IMG/VR virus record: IMGVR_UViG_3300037852_000220
Coordinates: 1 to 64,000 of that record
Direction: 5' to 3' (one strand)
Source of the DNA: a virus
DNA length: 64,000 bases
Shown here: in pieces, positions 57,187 through 64,000 of the stretch
Layout: the number at the start of each line of letters is the position of its first letter
Position numbering within the stretch: the first letter of the stretch is position 1
Program-made: the position numbers and the translations under genes
The notes under the pieces: generated by a model
Told to the model about the DNA's origin: nothing
Databases searched by the model: none
Seen by the model: only the letters and a program-made list of their open reading frames with translations

Positions 57187-57353
57187 AGTCTCACCTCTTT
57201 AGGGTCACACCACATTTCACCTTCGTCGAATCGAACAGCTATCAGATCGAACTCGACACGCGTCACCTCACCGCGGGCGCCGGCATGTAGGTACGGCAAC
57301 CCGCAGCCTTCCGGCAACTTGATTATTTGAATCGTGTCGCCCACCTTGATCAT
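57177..57353 (-). CDS. small hypothetical protein (58 aa)
   Basis: GGAG 6 nt before ATG; stop overlaps next start; below ORF cutoff. Confidence 0.4.
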   Translation of the reverse strand: MIKVGDTIQIIKLPEGCGLPYLHAGARGEVTRVEFDLIAVRFDEGEMWCDPKEVRLCS

Positions 57354-57355
57354 GA

Positions 57356-58063
57356 TTAACTCCTAAGGATTGGATCGTCCGCCAGTCTAATTGGGGACGT
57401 AGTAGACTCGAGTCTCGACGAGACCGAAACGGGCCTGCCCGTAACGACCGTGGCGTCAGTGGCCCGCGCATTCATCGTCCGCAGCCATAGGGATGCTGCG
57501 TGGTCGATCTGAGCCTGGGTCATCCCGGCCGCCGGATCAACCGGCGTGTCGACCTTCACGCGTGTGGGCGCGTCGATGCCCAGGAGCATGGCCCGGCGAT
57601 GCCACAGCTTCAGCAGCAGGCCTATGGCTTCGTTCTGAGGCCCCTCGTCGACCATCTCCTCCAGGACCGGCTGTAGCTGCCCCGTGTTCACGTTGCGCTC
57701 CAACAGCACCTGGCCATCAGCGCCCTTCACCGGGATCATGACGACCTGGCCGGCGTTCACCTTGATGTACTTGCGCTGCGTCTTCTTGAACAGCTGTGCC
57801 TCGACTTTGTCGTATTTCTCCAACTCCATCTCGCGAAACTCCTCGGCGGCCTGCGAGGGGTTGTCCTGCATGTAGCGCCTGATCATCTTGCTGCAGCCCG
57901 AGACGCTAAGCCCCAGCTGATCTGCGCATTCCTTAAGGGTAAGCCCCTTCAGGCGCAATTCCAGCACTTGCTTCGTTCGCTCGTTGCGCTCGATGGCCGC
58001 TACGGTAGTCTTCCCGTGAGAAGGAGCGTGTGGTGTGTGCGATGTTGACATTTCAGGCCTCAA
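57356..58063 (-). CDS. terminase small subunit (HTH-containing)
   Basis: LKGLTLKECADQLGLSVSGCSKMIRR helix-turn-helix; position between HNH and terL. Confidence 0.5.
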   Translation of the reverse strand: MRPEMSTSHTPHAPSHGKTTVAAIERNERTKQVLELRLKGLTLKECADQLGLSVSGCSKMIRRYMQDNPSQAAEEFREMELEKYDKVEAQLFKKTQRKYIKVNAGQVVMIPVKGADGQVLLERNVNTGQLQPVLEEMVDEGPQNEAIGLLLKLWHRRAMLLGIDAPTRVKVDTPVDPAAGMTQAQIDHAASLWLRTMNARATDATVVTGRPVSVSSRLESTTSPIRLADDPILRS

Positions 58064-58622
58064 ATTGAATTTTTGCAGCGTCGATCAGTACCAATTCTAA
58101 CTCGCGGAGTGTCGCATTCGACTTCAGCGTATTTGCTCGGAACGAGATCCATCGCACGTTCCCCCTCACATACCCGAGCTCGGGTCGAATCTTGTCGATG
58201 CTAGGAAGTCCCGGCGAACACTGCCCCGTGCCGCGTACGAGAGGGATGCCTAGAACCGGGCATATGCTCGGAATAGAGCCGAGACATCCGCCTGGTTCAC
58301 AATCGTCATTCGTCAGATCGAATGCTATGCCTGATTTTGCGGCACGGTTTCGCACATTCGTGATGAAGACGTGCTCAGGTTTCTCGGTGCGCCGCGACTT
58401 CATAAGCTTGGCGGCCCTTGCGTTTGCGCACATGACACATGTGCCGCTGCACGAGTACCTCTCAGATCCGTGCGTGACGTCGGTGCGGCACGGATCCCCA
58501 TTGAATCGGGGCTCTCGTTGTTGCATTGCGGTCGCCCGAGCAGTGTCGTGCATCGAGCTCATCGGTTTATAACGCATTCGACACCCCGTTATTGACATAA
58601 CATTGTAGCACGTTAGTGTCAA
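58053..58622 (-). CDS. HNH endonuclease (terminase-associated)
   Basis: IDKIRPELGYVRGNVRWISFRAN..KSNAT HNH_3-like motif; first gene of late operon. Confidence 0.6.
   Translation of the reverse strand: MTLTCYNVMSITGCRMRYKPMSSMHDTARATAMQQREPRFNGDPCRTDVTHGSERYSCSGTCVMCANARAAKLMKSRRTEKPEHVFITNVRNRAAKSGIAFDLTNDDCEPGGCLGSIPSICPVLGIPLVRGTGQCSPGLPSIDKIRPELGYVRGNVRWISFRANTLKSNATLRELELVLIDAAKIQFEA
58600..58611 (-). promoter_or_regulatory. candidate extended -10 promoter TGCTACAAT for - strand late operon
   Basis: reverse complement of 58603-58611. Confidence 0.3.
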
Positions 58623-58739
58623 GTTTCCGAAACTGTCCCCGAATTTTTTAAAATTAATTCACCTGATGTTATTCGTCAATTTCTAATAGCCGAGCGACCG
58701 ACGCTTACCGCGACCCTGACCCTAAATCCGGTACCTTTT

Positions 58740-59010
58740 TTTGCAACGCAACATTAGTGAGCACTTACTCGTTGTATCGGCGCAACAATGTCGCATTTCT
58801 GCCATGCAGCAAATGACGCAATGCAGCAAGTGTTGCATTTGCGCCACTGTCGCATTTTAGCAACGCAATGTATCATTTGTGCCACATGTATCATTTGTGC
58901 CACTGTTGCGCATTTGCAACATTTGCTGCATTTCGGCGTTTGCGGGAGAGGGCGGCCGTTCGTCTGGTAGCCCTACAGTCAGAGCTACAAATGCCGAAAA
59001 TGTGGCATGT
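58740..59010. repeat. repeat-dense divergent intergenic region (candidate cos/pac and control region) including tandem 18-bp repeat 58869-58904
   Basis: TGTATCATTTGTGCCAC x2 tandem; recurrent TGTCGCATTT, GCAACGCAATG, ATGCAGCAA, GCATTTGC units and inverted GTGCCACATG/CATGTGGCA. Confidence 0.5.
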
Positions 59011-59170
59011 GTTCGGGCTATCACGCGACGATTGCCACGGGTTCGGTTTTGTAGTAGACTGTCCGTATGTATAGGGTTTGTATTCCCCAGCTAGGACAGT
59101 ATTTAACCCAAGGGGTTGTTTTGCTGACCGGGGGAAACGGAAAGCCGTTCATAAGGACAGTAGGCTACAT

Positions 59171-59962
59171 ATGACAGAATTGCTCGAACAGCTACTAGCA
59201 CCGCACGACGTAATTCCGGCCCCTTGGGTGTCGCAAATGTTGCGCACGTTGGGATTGCCAAAGCTACATACTCGCGCGCTTACCGACGCTATGAGCGCCG
59301 CGGGATTCGAGCGGATCGATCGCCCTCGGCTAGGCGCAATGGTGAACAGCGCGTATCGGGGTCGACGCTTTGATACCAGGTCGTGGTCTGTGCCCGGGGT
59401 AGGTCACTGCACTGTCTACGTGCGAAATACCGCAGGTGACGCTGAAACGATGGTTCGCAAATACGGGCAAAATATCCCGATCCGTGGTCATGCGGCGCGG
59501 GTGTTTCAATGGCTCGATACGTTCCCGCGCAAACCTGATGGGCGTCAAACCCGGTTCGAGGATAAACCAGGACGGCGCACGTTGGCGCGTCTGGCAATGG
59601 GTGAGATTCTCTATCATGCTAAACGTTCAGCAGCAAAGGGCGGAAAGCGCGGGCCGGCGCGAGCGACAATCTGTCGCGTTTGCGGGGTCAATCCGCCTAC
59701 CCATGCGGGTGCGCGATGCAAAGAGTGTTTGTTGGCATGGCGCCGTGCATTCGACTATCCAGCGCAACGCATCAAACCCGCAGCGCCAGTGATCCCCCTT
59801 GGACGCAAGCGGGCGCTCGCGCGTCAGACGGCGCGTATCGAGTCAGAGCGACAGGTGGCAGAGGGCCGCGCATTTGCTGCTGATCTGGCGCGCCGACGCG
59901 CCGCGGGTGAGGCAATTCCGCCCCCTGTCAAACCTTACTGGGTGAGTGACAATGACACGTAA
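59171..59962 (+). CDS. hypothetical protein with Zn-ribbon (263 aa)
   Basis: ATG 59171; CRVCGVNPPTHAGARCKEC. Confidence 0.45.
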   Translation: MTELLEQLLAPHDVIPAPWVSQMLRTLGLPKLHTRALTDAMSAAGFERIDRPRLGAMVNSAYRGRRFDTRSWSVPGVGHCTVYVRNTAGDAETMVRKYGQNIPIRGHAARVFQWLDTFPRKPDGRQTRFEDKPGRRTLARLAMGEILYHAKRSAAKGGKRGPARATICRVCGVNPPTHAGARCKECLLAWRRAFDYPAQRIKPAAPVIPLGRKRALARQTARIESERQVAEGRAFAADLARRRAAGEAIPPPVKPYWVSDNDT

Positions 59963-60122
59963 AAGTCAGACTGAAAAGACGCGAGACACTGAGCGGTCCC
60001 GCGCGGCTGCAACGCAACGGCGCTATTACCGTTCGTCTATCCCATGCCCCGATGGTCACACGGTGCGAGACTTGAATGGGGATTGCGTGGAATGTATCGT
60101 CAACGACGCTCTAAGCGGGTAA
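59952..60122 (+). CDS. small Zn-ribbon protein (56 aa, Com-like?)
   Basis: CPDGH...CVEC; start overlaps upstream stop. Confidence 0.35.
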   Translation: MTRKSQTEKTRDTERSRAAATQRRYYRSSIPCPDGHTVRDLNGDCVECIVNDALSG

Positions 60123-60126
60123 TCGG

Positions 60127-60405
60127 ATGAGCGCCGCTCTGACGCCGATCGAGCGCTACCGCGCCGCCGTGGCTACGGTGCGACAGCGCGCTGCATTGCC
60201 ATGGGTGATCGACCCTGCGCTGCTTGAATGCCTGGACGCGGGCCGGCCGTTCTGCTTCCTGCGGACGCTGGATAATGTGGAGCGAGTCGCACTGCGTCAG
60301 ACGTGGGAACAGCATCGGCGCGACACGTGGGCGGCTGACGCAATTGCCCGATACCGCGACATCCGACACATGGCGCTAGGCCAGCATGTGGACACGACGG
60401 CATAG
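60127..60405 (+). CDS. hypothetical protein (92 aa)
   Basis: ORF track. Confidence 0.45.
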   Translation: MSAALTPIERYRAAVATVRQRAALPWVIDPALLECLDAGRPFCFLRTLDNVERVALRQTWEQHRRDTWAADAIARYRDIRHMALGQHVDTTA

Positions 60406-60506
60406 GCGACAGACGGTAGGTTTCACCCGACGAACGGCGTCATGTTGCAGTGCATTTGACCCGATAATGCATGTGTAGCGCAACCACTCACTCGGAGCAT
60501 TCAACC

Positions 60507-61130
60507 ATGGCACGTATCAGCAAACCCCGCAAGTCAATCACGACCATGTGGACGGACCCGCATACGGGAGTGCAGTACACCGTTCAAGCGCAACACGCTT
60601 TGAGCGCTGCCGAAATGCGCGAAATATGTGTATGGACCGCGCGATTGCAAGATGACTTGCGTAGCGGCGCGAAGCAGATGATCACAACCCCGCACGACGC
60701 AAGCGCCGAAACTCCCGCATATATCATGCAGGGGAAGGTTGACGCCATCATGGACAATCGCAGCAACCTGAAGGGACGCGCTATCGGTAAGTACCTGGAC
60801 ACGGTTGTGCGCAAGATGATGCAGCAACCGGTTCAGCAGCAACAGTCGCAAGCCCGCGCTGACCGCTATGCTGAATTTGAATGGACCCCGCAAGCTACGT
60901 CACTGCTGGCGGATCGGTTCGAGCATATGCCGCGTGTCGGCGACACGTTCAGCATCACGCACCCGAACGGTAGCCCTGAACAATGGCGCGTAGAAGAAGT
61001 ATTTTCGTGCTTTGGCGAGACGCGCATCCGTGCGCGGTTCATGGACTTACCGGTCCGCACATTCGAGCGGATTGCCCGTAATAAATGGCGCCGCTGGCAA
61101 GACAGCACCGCGCCAGTGTTCAGCCTGTAA
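60507..61130 (+). CDS. hypothetical protein (207 aa)
   Basis: ATG at MARISKPRK. Confidence 0.45.
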   Translation: MARISKPRKSITTMWTDPHTGVQYTVQAQHALSAAEMREICVWTARLQDDLRSGAKQMITTPHDASAETPAYIMQGKVDAIMDNRSNLKGRAIGKYLDTVVRKMMQQPVQQQQSQARADRYAEFEWTPQATSLLADRFEHMPRVGDTFSITHPNGSPEQWRVEEVFSCFGETRIRARFMDLPVRTFERIARNKWRRWQDSTAPVFSL

Positions 61131-61153
61131 CCCTCACTTGGAGACACACAATC

Positions 61154-61387
61154 ATGCACGGCACAGGTAAGACAATGCAAGCCTACAGCGACCCGACACG
61201 CGAGAATGACCCGCACGCACTGCCCGACCTTGAAGTTTGGCACTCGGGCGACTTGCAGACGGATAGCGACCTTGACGGACCCGGCTGGTATTACTGGTTT
61301 TGCTTTCCGGGGTGCTTGCCTGATGGTGATCCGATCGGACCGTTTGAAACGCAAGCGGCCGCACTCGCTGACGCACGGGGGGAATGA
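61154..61387 (+). CDS. hypothetical protein (77 aa)
   Basis: GGAG RBS; ATG MHGTGKT. Confidence 0.4.
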   Translation: MHGTGKTMQAYSDPTRENDPHALPDLEVWHSGDLQTDSDLDGPGWYYWFCFPGCLPDGDPIGPFETQAAALADARGE

Positions 61388-61447
61388 TGGCTCACTATCG
61401 CGTTAACCTTGCCATTCCCCGCGCCGTGGTCTTGACCGTGAGGAGAA

Positions 61448-61972
61448 TTGTTCATGAACAAGTATGAATTGATCGGCGAACCGAATGAATGCGGATTGCG
61501 GCGCATTCGGTATCTGTCGGACGGTAGTTTAGGGGGATGGCTGGAAAGCGAAACGAATTTGTCGCAATCAGGCAATGCCCGCGTGTACGACGATGCCAGC
61601 GTGTTCGGCGATGCCATCGTGTTCGACAATGCCCGCGTGTTCGGCGATGCCCGCGTGTTCGGCGATGCCAGCGTGTTCGGCAATGCCCACGTGTACGGCA
61701 ATGCCCACGTGTACGACGATGCCCACGTGTTCGGCGATGCCCGCGTGTACGACGATGCCAGCGTGTTCGACAATGCCAGCGTGTTCGGCAATGCCCGCGT
61801 GTACGACGATACCAGCGTGTTCGGCGATGCCCACGTGTACGACGATGCCTACGTGTTCGGCGATGCCCACGTGTACGACGATGCCCACGTGTTCGGCAAT
61901 GCCCGCGTGTACGACGATGCCAGCGTGTTCGGCAATGCCCGCGTGTTCGGCAATGCCCGCGTGTACGAGTGA
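61448..61972 (+). CDS. hexapeptide-repeat protein, short paralog (41-aa N-domain + 22 x [G/D][N/D]A[x]V[F/Y])
   Basis: GAGGAG RBS 8 nt upstream; conserved N-terminus MFMNKYELIGEPNE; repeats encoded by 18-bp tandem DNA repeats. Confidence 0.55.
   Translation: MFMNKYELIGEPNECGLRRIRYLSDGSLGGWLESETNLSQSGNARVYDDASVFGDAIVFDNARVFGDARVFGDASVFGNAHVYGNAHVYDDAHVFGDARVYDDASVFDNASVFGNARVYDDTSVFGDAHVYDDAYVFGDAHVYDDAHVFGNARVYDDASVFGNARVFGNARVYE
61571..61966 (+). repeat. 22 tandem 18-bp repeats (consensus GGCAATGCCCGCGTGTTC / GACGATGCCCACGTGTAC)
   Basis: seen in sequence; open in all six frames. Confidence 0.8.
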
Positions 61973-61978
61973 CAAATC

Positions 61979-62197
61979 ATGCACGGCACAGTCATTAGCA
62001 AGGTTCGCGTAACACTGTCCGACGGGTCACACGTGTTTGACGTCGTGATGTCCCGACCCGGTGCTGAGGTGGTTCGGTTCAATTGTCCTGATGAACCGGA
62101 CGCAGATTCGTTCGTTACGGGTTTGCATACGCTTCTCAACTATCACACGCTAGACTGCGCGCATCGTGGTCTTGACCGTGAGGAGAATTGTTCATGA
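61979..62197 (+). CDS. hypothetical protein (72 aa)
   Basis: fills gap between paralogs; weak RBS. Confidence 0.3.
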   Translation: MHGTVISKVRVTLSDGSHVFDVVMSRPGAEVVRFNCPDEPDADSFVTGLHTLLNYHTLDCAHRGLDREENCS

Positions 62198-63120
62198 ACA
62201 AGTACGAATTGATCGGCGAGCCGAACGAATACGGATTGCGGCGCATTCGATATCTGTCGGACGGCAATTTAGGTGGGTGGTTGGAGAGTGAAACGAATTT
62301 GTCGCAATCAGGCAATGCTCGCGTGTTCGGCGATGCCCGCGTGTTAGGCAATGCCCGCGTGTTAGGCAATGCCCGCGTGTACGGCAATGCCCGCGTGTTA
62401 GGCAATGCCCGCGTGTTCGACAATGCCGAGGTGTTCGGCAATGCCGAGGTGTTCGACAATGCCCGCGTGTACGGCAATGCCCGCGTGTTAGGCACTGTCG
62501 AGGTGTTCGACAATGCCCGCGTGTTAGGCAATGCCCGCGTGTTAGGTAATGCCCGCGTGTACGGCAATGCCCGCGTGTTAGGCACTGTCGAGGTGTTCGA
62601 CAATGCCCGCGTGTTCGGCAATGCCGAGGTGTTCGACAATACCCGCGTGTTCGACAATGCCCGCGTGTACGACGATGCCAGCGTGTTCGGCGATGCCCAC
62701 GTGTACGACGATGCCCACGTGTTAGGCAATGCCCGCGTGTTAGGCAATGCCCGCGTGTTAGGCAATGCCCGCGTGTTCGGCAATGCCCGCGTGTTAGGCA
62801 CTGTCGAGGTGTTCGGCAATGCCCGCGTGTTCGACAATGCCAGCGTGTTCGGCAATGCCCGCGTGTTCGGCAATGCCAGCGTGTTCGGCAATGCCGAGGT
62901 GTCGAAAACCCCCATTTGTTTGAGTGGTTTACAGTGGTATATTACGATAACCGAAAATCATATGTTTATTGGGTGCCAAGGTCGCACACATGCCGAATGG
63001 GCGTCATTTGACGATGACACTATCAAACGCATGGATGTTCGGCATGCGCTCAAATTTTGGGAAGACAACGCGCGTATTCTTTTGACCCTTTGCGAGCGTC
63101 AAGCAAATGCCGCACTTTAG
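62188..63120 (+). CDS. hexapeptide-repeat protein, long paralog (N-domain + ~33 repeats + 70-aa C-terminal domain)
   Basis: same upstream 28 nt and N-terminal 41 aa as 61448 gene; C-terminal non-repeat domain ...CLSGLQWYITITENHMFIGCQGRTHAEW. Confidence 0.55.
   Translation: MFMNKYELIGEPNEYGLRRIRYLSDGNLGGWLESETNLSQSGNARVFGDARVLGNARVLGNARVYGNARVLGNARVFDNAEVFGNAEVFDNARVYGNARVLGTVEVFDNARVLGNARVLGNARVYGNARVLGTVEVFDNARVFGNAEVFDNTRVFDNARVYDDASVFGDAHVYDDAHVLGNARVLGNARVLGNARVFGNARVLGTVEVFGNARVFDNASVFGNARVFGNASVFGNAEVSKTPICLSGLQWYITITENHMFIGCQGRTHAEWASFDDDTIKRMDVRHALKFWEDNARILLTLCERQANAAL
62311..62904 (+). repeat. 33 tandem 18-bp repeats (consensus GGCAATGCCCGCGTGTTA/C)
   Basis: seen in sequence. Confidence 0.8.
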
Positions 63121-63340
63121 CGTCACCCATGCGGTACCGGGCACCGTGGTTGAATCGATCGTCCTGGATGCACCCACGGCGGGGGCCGCTTGCACGCGGG
63201 CCGCAGAGTGGCTATCCGTGCCCTTCCCGGACATTCTAGTGGGACAGGTAACGCTAGAGTCAGTGCGTCAGATCAGCGACCGCGAAGCGTGGTCACCCGT
63301 AACCGACGAACGGCAGGTTCTACCCGATGAACGGGCTTGA
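63107..63340 (+). CDS. hypothetical protein (77 aa)
   Basis: ORF track. Confidence 0.35.
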   Translation: MPHFSVTHAVPGTVVESIVLDAPTAGAACTRAAEWLSVPFPDILVGQVTLESVRQISDREAWSPVTDERQVLPDERA

Positions 63341-63453
63341 TTGCTGCACCGCACACGCCGATAATATAGGTATCACTTCGGAGCGCGCAAAATGTCAATC
63401 ACTGTACTTCTGATTACTGCGGCAATCGAGCTAGCCCTTTGGGTGCGTCGATA

Positions 63454-63693
63454 ATGGCGACTTACAAGTATCGCGGGTATACGCTCAAGTCTGAAGGGCG
63501 CTGTAGCGGATGCTCAGTGTTTGATCCGACTGGCGTAGATGTTACCCGCAAAGTTACCGGGTACAGTTACGTATGGTCGCTGCAAATAGCGCGCGATTGG
63601 ATTGATAGCCGGCCCGATGCGTTGCCTCGCGTGATTCGCACTCGCGCAGTCGTTAAGATCAAGACCCCGCGTGTTGTGTCGGATGGCGCATAA
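63454..63693 (+). CDS. hypothetical protein (79 aa)
   Basis: ATG at MATYKYRGY. Confidence 0.4.
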   Translation: MATYKYRGYTLKSEGRCSGCSVFDPTGVDVTRKVTGYSYVWSLQIARDWIDSRPDALPRVIRTRAVVKIKTPRVVSDGA

Positions 63694-63899
63694 TGGACAA
63701 TCAAGGCACGGGCATCATGTCTACCACGGTTGCGGACTTGCGCACCGTGCACGCTGCCAAGGTCGCGCAGTACGCTGTCGGCCCGGTCAGCTTAGGTGAT
63801 CTGTTGCATGTCCACATGCTGCGGGATCTGGCGCGCGGTATCGAAGTGACTGAGCGGCCAGCATCATGGTTCGAATATTTGATGGGGCGCCCATTATGA
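63693..63899 (+). CDS. hypothetical protein (68 aa)
   Basis: ORF track. Confidence 0.35.
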   Translation: MDNQGTGIMSTTVADLRTVHAAKVAQYAVGPVSLGDLLHVHMLRDLARGIEVTERPASWFEYLMGRPL

Positions 63900-64000
63900 G
63901 CGGATACAGTGTCAAGCGTGCGGATCTATGCGAAGCGGGCCGCAAGGGATGGGCTTGCGTAGACTCGAACGGCGCACCCGTTGAGTACTTCTACAATTAC
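63896..64000 (+). CDS. 5' fragment of hypothetical protein (partial at window edge)
   Basis: ATG 63896 overlapping previous stop; open to window end. Confidence 0.3.
   Translation, partial: MSGYSVKRADLCEAGRKGWACVDSNGAPVEYFYNY

Noticed and set aside
61571-62904. CRISPR array interpretation of the 18-bp repeats
   Set aside because: Repeats are contiguous with no spacers and no leader or cas genes. The unit length (a multiple of 3) and conserved codon register indicate coding repeats.
61537-62915. Multiple overlapping ORFs in other frames and on the - strand across the 18-bp repeat arrays (VRRCQRV..., MPACTTMP..., ALPNTRALPNT...)
   Set aside because: Any in-frame repeat of a stop-free 18-mer is open in all frames. 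Only the frame continuous with the conserved N-terminal domain and GAGGAG RBS is taken as coding.
1-64000. Integrase/attachment site, tRNA or rRNA genes
   Set aside because: No tyrosine or serine recombinase signature, no tRNA-like cloverleaf candidates and no rRNA found by eye. Prophage status cannot be asserted.

Overview
High-GC (about 60%) window that reads as a near-complete genome of a contractile-tailed dsDNA phage, or a prophage lacking a visible integrase. Family names below are recognised by eye from the sequence; no search was run.

Layout:
- 1 to 18.9 kb, + strand: early and replication genes. These include an SF2 helicase, a primase/SF3 helicase, a DUF2800-like Cas4-type nuclease, a DUF2815-like SSB and a family-A DNA polymerase. 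There are also a VRR-NUC nuclease, a MazG-like protein, a metallophosphoesterase, SPFH and SLT-LysM membrane proteins and an EndoVII-HNH::DNPH1-like fusion.
- 19.0 to 58.6 kb, - strand: a late operon. In transcription order it encodes HNH, TerS, TerL, a 9-kb accessory island, portal, a Mu-F-like protein, an XkdF-like protease/scaffold and an XkdG-like major capsid protein. A Mu/PBSX-like tail module follows (sheath, tube, a chaperone with a -1 frameshift, an SLT-bearing tape measure and a gp44-47-like baseplate). Three LamG fibre paralogs come next, then the lysis cassette (putative endolysin, holin, embedded Rz/Rz1).
- 58.6 to 59.2 kb: repeat-dense divergent control region, a cos/pac candidate.
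- 59.2 to 64 kb, + strand: accessory genes ending in two tandem paralogs built from 18-bp DNA repeats (hexapeptide-repeat proteins).

Most unusual items: the hexapeptide-repeat duplicated module; a phage-borne clpS together with thyX in an accessory island wedged between terminase and portal; a palindromic TTGAC-N6-GTCAA promoter/operator reused three times; and GT-rich hairpin repeats upstream of the polymerase gene.

No tRNA, rRNA, CRISPR array or integrase was recognised. All functional calls rest on motif recognition by eye.
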